DNA of 64,000 nt from Leptogorgia sarmentosa (taxonomy: Eukaryota). The notes beneath the pieces are model-generated. The model did not search any database, was not told the origin of the DNA, and worked only from the letters and a program-made list of their open reading frames with translations. The DNA lies in NCBI GenBank assembly GCA_964658305.1, contig OZ210885.1, positions 10,602,001 to 10,666,000 on the forward strand, read 5' to 3'. The translations under genes were made by a program, and so were the position numbers. Shown here in pieces: positions 13,201 through 28,691 of the stretch. Positions within the stretch are counted from its first letter, which is position 1; each line of letters begins with the position of its first letter.

Positions 13201-16200
13201 CATTAATTTTGTTGAATTTTCTCAGAAGCTAGGTCAATCAGAACAGCAGTATATAAAAGCTATAAGGCTACCTGTCAGGGATGCCGGAAGTTATTCAAGG
13301 GAACGGGTGCAATTTGTTATCAAAAGGGCATATTTTTGACAAAAGGGCACAACCAAATATATGAAAGGGCACTTAAAAACCTATGACACAAGTTAATAAC
13401 TTTTATTGATTTGAAACAAAATTTAAACTATTACTATACATTGAGGCACATAGTCTTTTATGCATAAAGTTATTTCGTGCTCACTGTGCGTTCTGCGTAA
13501 GACGGTAAGATAGTTTAATGTGGCTGTCCAAAGTAGTCATTCCTTTGAGAAGACCTTGAAATAAAGTCTGCTGTTAACTTCTTTGCATTAACGTCGTCAA
13601 TTCTTTGCTTGTGAATTGCTGCAAACATGCAATTTGTAAGCATCCCTGGACACATTCGTGAGAATCCTGTACATAGAATTATGCGCGGTTGTACTAGAAC
13701 ACTAAGTCAATATATCATGGTTCATATAAATATTTTGTTTCGGTCAAACCTGTTCCACGGCACCTTCACTGCACCAGTGGCGTGCGGTGACCAATTGTAG
13801 TAGGCAAGCGGTGTTCATGGCGAAGCCGCGAACACCCTGAAGGGGGGTCTGGGGGGATTCTCCCCCAGAAAATTTTTGCAGTGACTGCACCCGTTGTGCA
13901 CCCGTAGTGCACGGAGGCAACGGGTGCAACTGCACCCACTGCACCCGTGGTTCCGGCATCCCTGCTACCTGTTATGCAGTATTTCATCTGTACTTCAACT
14001 ATCAACTGTCAGCCACCGATGATCAGATAAGAGAACTATAGCACGATCGTAAATATGTCTGTGATCTCATCTTCCCGAAAATGACTATGTTAAACAATTA
14101 AAACTTCCAAGATTTTTTTGAAGACACGACAAAAGAAAGATTATTCTTCCCATAGCTGAATTCGATATTTATGGACTTTATGCATAACCGCACATGTTGC
14201 ATATCCTTCCCGTCGTAAAGAACACTGCTAACTTAATCAAGAACACATGCATACTATACTCTGTTAATCGTTGGTTCTGACGTCAATAATTGTAACTAGC
14301 AACTAAGCATGACAACTGCTAGTATATTGCAGAATTAAGCCTCGTCAGTGTAACATATGCGGAAATAAATCATTTCATAAATACTCGTTCCGTTATCATA
14401 AAATAAATTACTTTTCTTTTTACTGTCACAATATAAAACAGAATACAACATCATTTTCAACAATTGCAAATCTTTCAAAAACGTTTTTTAGTGTCTCATT
14501 TTCAAAATTTTGATATTACTTTATGTCCCCTTTATATGAAAGTCACTGAAGGGGAACGAAAATTTTGTTAAAACAATGAAAAACTTCCTTTACAAATTAG
14601 AAAGGGACTCATATGATTAATTTTAAGAACCTATTGTGTTAATAATCAAGAAACAGATATATATAGTAATCAGATAGGCCCGTTAGTTGTTCAATTTTAA
14701 TTTTTCCCGGTCAAAAAATTGTCTTAATCTTTATATACGCTATTTTAAATGTTATGATTTTGTTACGTGCGTTAATAATGTTGTGTATTTTTGTTTTCCA
14801 GGCAGACTGCTATCTTATGAAGAGTTTCCGGGGATAAAGACGCTATTAGAGCAACTCCGTGCAACATGCACGGAGACTTGCCGTCTTATACCGGAATTCT
14901 CATGTTTAGATTTTGGAGGCCCAGAGATCTTTCGAAAAACGTTTGATTCAGAAGTATGCTCATTAGCGACGTGCAACACCTCATCCGCTACTCTTGTCAT
15001 TTGTGGTTTAGAGAATGGTTCAATCACAATCTTTGACCTTGACACAGGTAGGTAGCCGTGTGGTTAACGTACTATGGATAAAACTAATGGCAAGGTTTGG
15101 GGTTTTCAATAGTTTTTTTTTTCTTTTGTCCGATCGTCTGTCCGGAAAAGGGATAAAACACAGATTCAATGCCGCCTCTGCTTGGAATTGTAATTATATG
15201 TGCAACCATATCCTCACTCACATTTGTAAGAATCATCAGTTCTGAGTTATGCAAGTTGAGCGGCTGCGCGATATACGTGTATAAAAAACTGAGCAAATTT
15301 GAAATCGCTCTCAATTTCGCAAAGCCACTCGGGTGACGTTATTAATTAACAAAACTTTGCAGTGCAAAATCATCCTTTGTCAAGAAACGTTGTACTGGCC
15401 TTCAGCTTCAATTCTTTTTGTTAGCGCTGATAATGAACTAAATAGATAAAAAGTTTAATAAGTACATGTTTGACTTACCTGCTGTCACATGTGCAGTAGT
15501 TGATTAGATCGGAAATTTGACGGCGCTATGATCTCATGGAGCTCACTAGCCACTGGCCTCAGTGCTCATCCCATTATGCTTCGCATCACTATCGGTAATG
15601 TGGCTATGCTTTGCTTCAGTTACATGTCGGTTGTTCTCAGATTACTTACGTGCTTCTCTTTTCGGAATCGGCAAATAATTGATCCGCTCGCCACCGATTA
15701 ATCGCGGTATTTCGTTCGACGTCGTCCAATAATTGATTGTAGGTACCTTAAAATGTAAAACACAACAAACTCGACGACGGTAGTCTAAATTTCAGCTTGA
15801 AAATGAGTGCTGACCTTTTTATGCTTTAAATAGATGTTGGAATTTTTTCAAGAAACAGCTTCACAGGTTCAGCTAAAGCAATGCGATCGTTGCTGTGTAG
15901 TCAACTTGAAGTTACAGCTCTCACGTTGTAATCAGCCTTCACGTTGCTTTGAAGACGTTATAATGCTTGGCTTAACGTTGCGTTGATAACAACAAAGCCG
16001 TTGATACCACAATTTATGCTTGGTTTTTGTTCAGCATAAAAATTTGTTTGTTCGGAAAGCTCGTCGTCGAGTTGGTCACGTTGTAGATCTTAAGGTCCCT
16101 AATCCTCTGCTACAAAATTGCTATGACACCATTTTTGAACTTATCCACAATGCAGTTGTCTTTCTATTAAGAATGACAGAAAAGTCTGGTGATATAGTTA

Positions 16201-19200
16201 TAGTTTGATAAAATAAAAATAAACCACTGTATACACGCGTCATATTTCGCGCAAATAAGTAAGTATTAATAATATTACGCCATCCAAATCTCATTTCGTT
16301 ACACGGATAATTATCCAAATTTTTTAGACCTGCAGCCCACTGCCCCGGTTTTTGAGAAAAGTTTCAGTTTTGGAAGCAGACAAATTCAATTATATAGCGT
16401 ATATATTATGATTATATTATAAACATATTCATACATGCCTTTTTTGCTAAGTAAAAGCTTTGATCTTGCGTATTCACTGAAATGAGAATATAGCTAATAT
16501 GCAGTTGATATGGGTGAGGGAACAAAGGTTTACACTCGAAATAATTGATAATTCATTAGAAAATTAGCCAATCATGTACGGTAGTCGTCGTCATATGATG
16601 ATATTTGAAATTTGGTTTCGATACTTGAAGAGACATGTTCATGCAGATTTACGCTGGGATAAAAATTAATTCAGTCATTTCTTGAACAGGATCAATGTTT
16701 ACTGGGTAAAAAATAAAAAAATCTCACAAATGGCTGGAGGGAATGCTTTTGTCTGCAACATATTAATCAAACTATAAAAACCAATTCGGACAGAGTGACA
16801 TATTATTTCTTCTAAACAATAAAACATACAATTATTAAGAAATCGTGTGCATAAATGATATCTGCCAATTTTAAAATGTGAAAGTTCAGTAATTACAAAT
16901 ACAAGTAGGACAACATTCCTGTGCAATCATTGGTATTCACTGTATAGAACATTTCCTGTTTATGGCCTCATGCATGCTTTTCAATTATCTACTTTCTGCT
17001 CTACCACCAACATCAGCCGCTAAATTTTATCTAAACAGTAGTAAATATATTATAAATTTCAGTAAACTGTTCGGCATTGGAAAACAGCCATAAGTGTGGC
17101 TGCTCTACAATTAAACCCATGTTTGTATAGTATGTGTTTGGTGAAATTTACGATTTAATAAACGAATATACAATTTGTTACATCAAAACAGCAATAGATT
17201 ACGTGTATAGGTTACTTGACCGTTACTCTACCACTTTAGTTATTGAGCCAACGGGGACCAGTAGCGAATCTTACCCAAGCGTTCAAGACGTCACAAAAAT
17301 ATTTCGCACACTTATATTATAGTAGAATTCGCAATCAACCCCAGTTGACTCGATACCTATATCTATGGACATGCACAACAAAGATGAGGGCATACCTTTA
17401 TGAAATCCCAAGAATTAACGAATAAAAACACACGCCTGTGAAACACGCCACAGTTAATTCTGTCACAGTTTATAATTGCTGTTATTTTGTTTTTAGTATT
17501 AACAATCGTTTCGGTGTTTGTCAATCGCTTACATTGCAGTTTAAGTTGCTGTAGCTACGTAATAGTAAAAATGAAAGTAAGCGGTGTAAACAGAGTGTAG
17601 CTGATGGGTTAGTTAATGTTATAGTTACTTGTCTCAATCATTTATTCAATCGCCGCAGTGTTTTGAACAATACTTCCAGTGTAGTAACGATATGAGTGAA
17701 AATGATCTATTACACCCTTTTATGTACGTGCTATCTTATTTTATAAACAGGTAGAGAAGTTCAACAACTACTGGGACATTCTAAGGAAGTTAGCTGTTTG
17801 GCTGTATCACAAAGTGGAACAATACTAGCGTCAGGGTCGTGGGACGGAAGTACAATCCTTTGGAGAATGGACAGTTATGAACAGCTTTTTGTGTTCCAAG
17901 GGGAGAGTGAAGTTTATGCTCTGGATTTCAGTGCAGATGATCAGCGAGTGTTTATTGGAACAGACGATGGTAAGCATCTTAAACACAAGTCAAACAAGGA
18001 TATCAAAATGTTGTTCAGAATAGGTAAACGAAAATTTGCATAAACGTTTTCTCGACTTCCGCTCTGCTTAAAAGTTAGTATTAAAGTGCGCGAGTTTCGA
18101 TAAGAAATAAGATTTTGCTGACGTGTACGGATTTAACGTTTCTGAAGGAACGCCAGAAACGATGCCATTGGAGAAAAAATTAAATCCTTTTCATATTATG
18201 TTTGTCAAATAACTCCGCAAATGATCATACTTTCGGAAATATGTTACCCCGCCGCAGTGGCGTAGCCAGACCTTCATTTTTGGGGGGGCGAAGCAAACGC
18301 GGAAGGCGCGATGCCATCTAGGGGGGTCCGGGGGGGATTCTCCCCCGGGAAAATTTTGAAATCTGGAGTCCCCCAATGGCGATTTAGCCTGTTTCTGGGG
18401 TGAGATTTGTGAAAATGATTGGATTGAGATTGGTAGTCACATGGGTAGTCATCGACCCCCCCCGTAATTTCTACCCAGATTTCATCTTTTTAGGGCGCAG
18501 TCCTTCAGCCTATTGCGGGGCTGAGCCCCCCCGTGCCCCCCCTTGTCTACGCCACTGCCCCGCCGGTACCAAATTGAATATTGGAATACTTTTATTAAAT
18601 TAAAATAATTATTTTTTCTTCAAATACAAATACTTGAAAGTACGATCACAAAATGTTTGTTTTACTTTGCAAATTCAATGGCGTAAATCTCCAGTGACGG
18701 CCCTCGATTGAACTTTTGTGGATGGCCTCTTAATTATACCTCTTAGCTTCACATTTTTACTATGCTAACTCTACGAAATATTCTCCTGAATTCTGCATAT
18801 GATATGCATTTTAATTCTGCTATTTCTTATCGAACATATTATAGCTATTTAACATCTCTTCTGCTTCAATTATACCCAAAAGGCAAAAACGTTCCGTAAA
18901 AAGAAGCACACTAAAATAAGTTCCTATAAAGCAGAAACAATGACAACAGTAAAAGTTTGACTGCAATATACAACAATTAATATACTGTCAACATCCAAGC
19001 ACAATTTAAAAGGCAACAAAATTGTTTCAGCTAGCTACTGAATGATATCAAACATTTTGTTAACTTCAAACATTTTTGCATCATCAGTTTCAATAAAAAT
19101 TATTTGAATTTCACATTAGCCACGGCCCTGAAGAAACCTCTTCCCAGGGCCCCCGGCCAGGTTGGGCCCCTAGTAGTTACGCCTCTGTGCACATTAGCTA

Positions 19201-22200
19201 CACCGCTGCTTACTAAAAAAATTTGCTTCACATTTTAAAGCAAGAACGTTTATGAAGCGGGTTGATGCATATCGTTTCAGTTTTTGGGTTTCACTGTAAC
19301 GTTCCATATTTGAGTGGGAGTACACTCTAATTAGCGACGCAGTCATCACAGTGAGTTAAATATTCACTGTATGTATTCAACTTGTGCTTCGTAGTGAACA
19401 TGTGAAATTCAGAAGGATTTCGTCAGATTCGTTGATACATTTTAGAAAAATGTATTACTTACGAAAAGTACTCTTTCTCTCCAACACCATATTAATTTAG
19501 GTCGAATTCGCCCTATGTCGCGTGCGAATAAACCAGAAGCGAGTTTATCCAAGACTGAAAAACATACGAATACGCACCCTACGTAATCAAAGCCATGTTT
19601 TCCACGTGTTTCATACTATTGCGCAGCCTGATTTATCCTGTTTTAGTAAATGCCGTGCGCGTGCGGAAATTTTTGACAATTGCAAAAAAGCTTGTAGAAA
19701 TGTTTTTATACGTGCAAATAACACGAAATATTCAAAATAAAAAGAACATAACACAGGTTTCATGACTATGCGGCTTCAAGGAGAAATAAGGACATGGAAT
19801 TCAACATATTGAACTCTGTTTTTCTCACTGATAGATGCTAATATGCCTTACGTTTCCGACGATCAATCTTTATTTTTTTTTGTGTGTTGTGTTTTAACTA
19901 CCATGTAACCCACCGTTCGAAAGATCAGTTTATTAGGATTTGAATGGTGTTTGTCTTTATTTCGTGCGGTATATACTCAGTGAAAAAAAGATTTATAAAA
20001 ATTTGTATTTCAACTTTCGGAAACGTGTTGGAGAGAAAGAGAGCTCGTTTGTAATCCGTCGTACATTTCAACCATTTTATCTGAACTCGTACCTGTAACC
20101 TGTTGTACTGTACAACAGGTTACACCTTGTATATAATCGACTACATTTGAAAACAAAGTATATTTTCATTATTTTGAAGCGAAGCCCACTGGCATACATG
20201 GCCCTTGCTTCACGGTTCTAACTTTCACGATCTGTAACCAAGTTTTACCAACAGTACCACTGGTATGGATGCCCTGTACAAAGCATACAATATTTGACCA
20301 CAATGTGGCTATGGTAGAGGGTTGGTTTATGAAATTTACAAACGGCATCGTATCGTGTGATTGGACAATGTTCACTAATTCTTTTTGTGCTTGATGCCAG
20401 GAACAGCAGTTTTACAACGTAGCTGTAGTAAAATGATTTCCGGGGAAAACCAGTTACGTCTGTTTGAGTGGCACCTCTCAACCTTCGTCAAAAGTACAAA
20501 TTGTTCATATTCAAACAATAATTGCAACAGCTGGTTTGAGGATTCCAGAGACTGCGTATCTTCAAACCAGCGGTTAACTGTAAACGTCGTGTAGAGCGCA
20601 GTGAAACGCAGTGTAAAAACATAAGCCAGCAACAGCCAGAGCATGTTCAGCGCCGGAGAGGGACACAATTAAAAACAAGATTTCACAAAATCCTCTAGAG
20701 TTAGACATTATTGAAACATCAGTCTGACGAGTATCCATCATGCGTTGTAGGGCTGAAAGTGTATTGTGTATCTACCGGAGAAAACCTCTCAACAAGTATT
20801 CCTGAGGGAGTCAGGTCGCTGTGTACGACAAAAGATGGACAGTTCATTGCTACTGGTGGATATGACAAGACTATCAAGTTGTGGAAAGCCGATACACTAA
20901 ATTTTGAGGCCAGTTTGGTTGGCCATACAGATTACGTGAGCTGTGTTGTCGCAACAGGTATGCAATACTGTATGAGTTAATATTTCATAACATTTTGAAG
21001 AACTTATTTCAATAGAATCTCTTCAGAATTATATTTGTTATTTCTTTCGGATAAAACATATTCTTTATTATAAACTTCCTTAATGGTTAATAAAGCAAGG
21101 ATTGGAGGGGAATATCATGTTTTGGAATAAAATTTCCCAATTATTGCACAAAAATACCTGCTTGTAACAGCATTACAGCATTCTAATATTGTAAGGAAAA
21201 ATTATGCCTAAAAAGAAAGCAATGTCTTTCCTTAATTGTTAGTATGGTGGTAACCAGTGCTTTCGTGTACAAGCACTATTTTAGGACTTTCTGATTTCTT
21301 TCAAATTTTTAGACTGGTTGTATGTATTTGTATATGCTAAGAGTATTTTAAAATGGCCATTAGATTTATCTATGATAGCTTTCTAAATATACTTTGAGAC
21401 AATTTGCTTGTGTGTATATTTCAACTGATTACCCTGTGTCGCAGACCTTAATGTATAAATTGTGATACTGTACAAGTAGATTCGAAAGACTTGGCATTTA
21501 GGCCGGGTATTGTATATTTTATTAGCGTTTAGACCTCTTGTAAGTAATAATAGTCGGCCCTAAAAGTAGAAGCAGGCCAGGGGCGTAGCCAAGGGGGGGC
21601 AAGGGGGGGCGGTCGCCCCCCCAATAGGCTGAAAGACTGCGCAGTAAAAAGATGAATCCGGGTAGAAATTAGGGGGGGGGGGCGATGACTACCCATGTGT
21701 CTACCAATCTCAATCCAAACATTTTCACAAATCTCACCCCAGAAACACGCTAAATCGCCATTGAGGGACTCCAGATTTCAAAATTTTCCCGGGGGAGAAT
21801 CCCCCCGGACCCCCCTACATGGCATCGCGCCTTCCGCGTTTGCTTCGCCCCCCCAAAAATGAAGGTCTGCCTACGCCACTGAAGCAGGCTATGAAACAAG
21901 GGAATGCATGAGAATCAAGTTGTAGTTTGGGGGGGGGGAGAGGCCCAGGGGGAACAGAATCCAAATCTTTACTACTTTACTATTAAATGTTGCAACTTTA
22001 AGTAAGTTTCAACTTTAACTTTCGATAACTTAGCAACAAGAAGACATGATATTTTTGGTTGGGAAAACTTATTACTGTATTTGCAACTTGCAATCAGCAA
22101 GGCGGCATTTTGAAAAAAAAACATATAAAAGATAGTGAATGATTGAATCCTACAAAATATTTTAGTACATTTGGGAAATTCTCATGTCTATCAGAAAGCT

Positions 22201-25200
22201 GTACAAATCCTAGGCATGAAAGAAGGGCACTTTCTTTTTTAAAAGGACACTTTTTGTTATAACCGTGAAAGTTGGGGGGGGGGGGGGCTCCTTCCAAGTG
22301 CCCCACCATCCTACGCCACTGCTCTGAAATGCATTTCATAGGGATACTGCATGTATATCGACCAAGAACAATTCTAGCCATTTCACACGTATCTAATTAA
22401 TGCACACGTATCGAATTGAACTACAATATATAATAGAATTCAATTACCGGAGAATGAATTGATTTACAAGCTGACAACAGAATATGACAGCATTTTATAC
22501 CATTTGTTTTTAACTTACGAAATTATATAGATAAAGTAACAAATGGAAGCCAACATGAATGTTGTTTGTAAAGTAATATTGTTTTAGATATACTGTCCAT
22601 TGCCAAGATATATAGCCAGGTGTCGTTTGACTTATCTTGTCCATCTTGATTTCAGATCCTCTTATTCCAACAGACAAAATTTATATAGTTAGACCTGTTT
22701 TATAATTGTTGTGACAAACATTTTGCTGTACTGTTAGAACTTGGTAGGTTAGTTGCTTGAATAAATGTGATAATAATTGAATTTAATCAGTCAATTTTCA
22801 CAGCTACTCATTGACATGAAAGAGCAGTTAGGCAACAGTTAAGAGCAGTTAAACACAGTTATGTTCCCAAACATAAGTATGAATACATGTGCAAACTAAT
22901 AATGATGTAATGCAGAAATGAAAATTTCCCATTGCGTTACGTGGTACAGTGTACGTACTGTTCAGTACTGTTACACTCTGGTTTTGAGCAATTGCGATGA
23001 GTTGTTAAGATCTTTTATTAAACTTTTCCGCAACTTTACAGTACATAGTATGGATATAGCTACAGAAGGTAGAAATAGCAACTATAAATTGGAGTACTCT
23101 AATCTTTCCTCAGGAAAAAACTTTTCAGACTTTTCAGAAGTTAAACTTCGTTTTAACACTTATAATATCATAGATTTAAGAAATGACTCCAACAAACTTT
23201 TAGAACTTTGCGGCCCAAATTAAACGTTAAATACGACTGCGTATTTCCTATTTATTTTTTATAAACGAGAAGGAAGTTTATTTTGTATAAAATCCAATTA
23301 AACACGTATTGCGAATTTAACTATTCGAGCAGCTTCAAGAAAGACTACCGTATTTCCTCTATTTAGCGCCTTGGGGGATTATTTACGTTTTCCTGCATTC
23401 AGGTGAGCGGTTATCTGTAGAGGGGACTAAGTAGATGGTGGGGGCTTAATAAATTTTCACCCAAATTTGGTTCCGTAAATATACTAATTCACACAACATA
23501 TCCAGAATATCAATTAACTTCATTACGCATTAAAAAATAAAGGAACGAAAGTTTTTTTTCATAAATGTTTTACTTGATTCTCAGCCGAATTAAACCAAAA
23601 TGTAATCATCTCTCCTTGTGCAATGGCAAACAATTGTGCGAGATGTTCAATATTTCTCAAGTTATCGTGTTCACAGACCAACACACACACACACCATACA
23701 GACAAACCAAGATGATTACATAACCTCTTTGCGGAGGTAATGAGCTTTAACATAATATGCAAAACTAACTAGAAGAATGATGTTACTTTGCACAATTCAT
23801 TCGTGATTATGGCTATTGTACGTGCCAGACGGTTCGCCCATATTTTGAGTATTTCAAGTTTATCCTGACACATTGGAATTTCTTTTTTGCGTAAATTTCT
23901 CTTCAATATCCTAACGGTATTAACAAAATCAACTTTCTGTATATGGACGACTGCAAAATCCATTGCCTAGACTTGCAGAATGCATATATGAAAATTTATC
24001 CTGTCAACGATCGAGTTATTGAATATATTTAGGATATCATGTACTTTGCTTTCCCTTGTTTTTTTGTGCCAGTTCGACTAAAGTGCAAAGTTTCTCGTTT
24101 AGATTCAGGAAAAAACAATCCAATGCTCGTGTCTGGTTCACACGATGGGACAATAAAAATTTGGGATTTAAAAACGTATCAGGAAATTCGTACCCTTGAC
24201 GTTGGATTTGTTGTTACCTGTATTGCTGTGAGCGATGATAAAAAGTATATTATCTTTGGAGACGATGAAGGAAATGTGGAGTTGTGGTGTTTCCACACTG
24301 GAAAGTCCCTTTCCTGTTATGAAGGTCATTCCGCGGACATCAGGTGGGTTCACTCTAGGAACTATTTAATTTACCGCTATTTTCTCGAAAGCATCGTTAT
24401 ATAGCAAGGCAACAACTAAGACCCAATATATAACATTAAGCTTAAGGCGCTCCATATTCTGTCTTATCCATTGTATACATTTAACACAATATTTCCCAGT
24501 CAGACTAAGACGTATACTGCTTCTTGGAATCGGTTTTTGATTACTTGAAAAGATAGCGAGCAACATGAAGTTATTTTTCAGTCATATAAGAATTTCTATT
24601 TATTTCACCATTATACTAATTGGCTCCCGGCTATAGTCGTGCTAAATACTTTAAGCTTATTTGCAATGGACGACTTCCGCTTTAGAAAGATTTTAATGAG
24701 GGATAAACGAGGGACATTTTGTGACGTTATCAAAATTAGAAAAACTAAATGTTTGGTTGTGAAAAGTTCGATAATAAAAGGCCCATCGAAAAGAACTCAC
24801 GATTGGGCGCTTGAAAATGCATATTAGTGATTACCTTCTACCCGCGTTTGGGGAGAGACCAAATAAATCTTGTTGAAGTCTAGATTCCTTCATATATTTC
24901 ATTTTCCCAAAAAGATCGTTGTCAGAATTCTGGCAAGTTATCGCAGGGGGTGGGAGGGGGTGCAGTAGCCTGCCCGGCCCACTCGCCCGCTTCCGAGGTG
25001 TTGAATACGGAAAATGCTGAATTGGTGCCCATTTGTATCACGGGCGCTGAAACTGATAATTAAATTTGTTACTAATTCACGCAAATACAAAAAGTATACA
25101 AATTTGTCAGCTTTTAAGGACTGTATTTTCCGTACTTTGCAACCTTTTGCGATTGAATTTTGCAGTATTACTAATTGGTGAAAGATTTTGTTCACCTTGC

Positions 25201-28200
25201 TTAGACTAAAATTTAGTCAGGAGCGTATGACATCCGATGCAACATTATTTTACCTGTTGTACATCTACCATTACTCTATCTTGTATTGTTGCTTTCGTCG
25301 ATATCAACAGTACTGAACTCCACAATATGTCTATATAGGGCTCCCATTGATAACAGCAATTTTTATTACTGACGGGACTACCCTGCGTAATTAATTGTTT
25401 TATCTATCTATCTATCTTCTTAATTGTTGTCGACATAGTAATAGAACGATTTTTGCTAAAGATAAAGTGACCATAGATGTAGTTTCCATTTGCACTAACA
25501 TTCGATGAATACGACATATTTTCCTGATCATGTATGAATAAATTATACAGCATATTTTGATAATATTGGTTTGTTAAACAATCAATAGTCTGACAGAGAT
25601 CGTCTTTGCCTTTTTTCGGTAGAAAAAATTATTATTAGAAATAAACAATCAATTAACTTGTAATATTTCAGCGGTGTTGCAATAATTCCCAAAGAAAAGA
25701 AGGTATTGACAGCGTCAGAGGATGGAAGTATCAGGGTTTGGAACCTGCGAACTGCTGCGTACATGGAACAAAATAGTCTCTCTGATCATTCAGAAGACGT
25801 CACAGATATTACAATCGCTCGTGGTGACTCTAGATGTGTTTCTGCATCTAAAGATGGCACTTTCAAAGTTTGGAATCTTCACACACAGTGCTTTTCTGTC
25901 ACAGGTATAGTTCAAATTGTCTATTTGGGCCATTCATTTTCATTTTACTAAATTCATATGAACCTGGCCGCTACCTTGTTAATTTTTGTGCTTCAAGTAT
26001 AGTACCATGTTCAAAAACTACTATTTTTACGTAGAACAAATTGACCTGGAAATTCAAATCTTGTAGATACTCGTGTATAATTAGCAAATCGGAATAGTTA
26101 ATCAGAAACGTTCTTGTCTGCAACGCTCTGCACTGATATGAAGACAGAAAACCGGTGGTTAAGTACAGTTGAATGGATAGCAGTCTTTCCTAGAATAATT
26201 ACGTTAATTGCCGTTAATTTGTATATTTCCTAAGATAATTGCATGTAATGAAAAGAATTACTTTGGTATTCTTATAACCAATTATAATTACAAAATTTCA
26301 ACTAGTTTCAAGCAGAATGACGAAATAAAACTTGAAACAAAGCAATAAGTGGTGAGAAATTTTATATTTTGATATTTTGCTCGTGTTGTGTTTGTCATTG
26401 TCGTCTGTGTGTATCAAATATTCCGTAATTGTACACGATTCCTTGTATTCATATAATAAACAAATTACTTCATGCACAGTTGGCTCGTTTGTTCGCATTA
26501 TATTATTTACAAATCGTACACATCTCTATTTACATCATTGACGAAAGGGAAATGTTTTATGAGATTTGGGGACTCTCTAAGACGGAAAGACAATACATAC
26601 GAGATTGGCTACTTCACGGTTGGCGAGTGTATACAATTTTTATTTACCAATTGTGATGGATCGCTAAATACGATTTTAGCTTATACGATCGTGATTTAGC
26701 GATCACAACGAGCAAATAATAACGGTACAAACGAGCAACTGTGAATTTATTTGTTTATTACAGGAGTATAAAGAAGAGTGTAGAGATACGGAATATTTGA
26801 TACTGACAGACAACAATGACAAACACAACGCAAGCAAAATATCAAGATATAAAATTTCTCACCACTTATTGCAACGGTGATTTTTTGCCTTGAACAGTGG
26901 ATAGATGCACACTCATTTCTCTTCTGGTTTGAAATATGTCAATACGAAGTCTTGGAATGGATTTAATATGAAGTTACAGGGTTCCACATAAAGCGTATCA
27001 CGCGGGTGTTGTGCAGTTTCAGCGTGCGTTTCCAGTCCATTCTTTTGATAGTTTATGGTCTAGTCCATTAGAATAAGGTTCAATATGCGACCACACTCTA
27101 AATTCCGAAGTGTTCAGCGTCAGCGAACTCTAAATAAGTGTAAATTTGCACAATTTTGGTGTGGCTAAATGGGTGAGAGGGCGCGAATATTCCTATATCG
27201 TGTTTTGCATTGATTAATTTCTTTGGAAATCCCTCCTATTATTGGTAATAAATACAAACCTGATTTTTTTATGAAATTTATATATATTTAAAATATTGAC
27301 AAATGGTCCAGCATGTGGGAACAATATTATATATTACATTAAAATTTAAATTTACATCTTAACTTTCACAATCCGCTAAATCGTATCGCATTCTAATGAA
27401 CTTTCTCACAATTCCTATAAATATCTAAAGGATGGTAGTCTAGTAGCTCATCCTAATTTATTGCTACAAAGTTATTTATCAATGCAACGTCATATGAATG
27501 GAGGTGCTTGCGATAGCTCAATGTGTGCATTTTTTTACAAGTAAAAAATACATCTCCATTTGTGATGATGAAAATATCTTCTATGATAAAAAAATGGCAA
27601 TATCGAATGCTGGTAGACAATTGCTGTGTAGGTTCCGGATATAATAACATCAACAAGCAACAAAAGTTCTACTTACTACCTAAACGTTAGAAAACAAATT
27701 CACTGCCTATATCGTTCAGTTGGTGAGTAGAACTTACTATCAAGTTATATTAGATACAGTATTGAATCCACTACTCAAGATTTTTCTTTTCATTGTATAA
27801 TATGAATCCTTAAATTGCAAAGATTTTTACATTAATTTTAATAACGCGTCCAACTTGATCATGCACAACCTATTTGTGACTGTTACAGAAAATATCCTTT
27901 TAATGTTTACTTCAATTTCTGAATTGATTATTTCTTCCTTCCTGATCAATAGGTGACCTTGAATGGGCAAAACATGTTGCAGTCTCTGCTGATGATCGCT
28001 ATGTCGTGTCGCTGTCAAAGGATTATCGCTCAACGAAGTCCTCGATAAAGGTGTAGTACACATGCCTATACTAGTCATACTGTGCATATAGAAATACATA
28101 CATAACAATAGAAACGTCCAAACACAAGAAATTTTTTGAATTGTCTGTTCCACGTTTCGACTCGGCGTATTCATTATTAGGAATGTATACCGAATTTTTA

Positions 28201-28658
28201 CAAAACATTGGTACATATAGCTACTTGTGAAACGCATTAATAATGCACGAAGAAAACAAAGAGGAAATCATCAGCATGCAAGTGTCAGTATATGTAATAC
28301 GCAAATTTCGGTTGACTGGCATAAACTATAAGTCTATAACTTTGATTTTCTGATGCTATATGATATCAGATGTGTTTTTAAAATTAAAGAAGGTTTGTAT
28401 CAGACCCTAAAAATCGAAGGCATGGACTGGAAATTCAGACTTAAACTGCACGACATCCGCGTCTTGCGCTTTGTTTTGAAACCTGTAACTTCACATTTAA
28501 TCCATTCCAGGACTTCGTACTGACATATTTTAAACCCGAACCGAAAGAAATGTACATTTACATATAATATATAGTAAGAAAGCATAAGAATGACCGTTTT
28601 AAGTAGGTTATATTTTAATATTAAAAATAGTCTAGTAAAATTGTATATCAGTATATGG

Positions 28659-28691
<33 letters not shown>

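Noticed and set aside
27703..27790. tRNA-like sequence in intron 11
   Set aside because: Only faint A/B-box resemblance; the stems do not pair.
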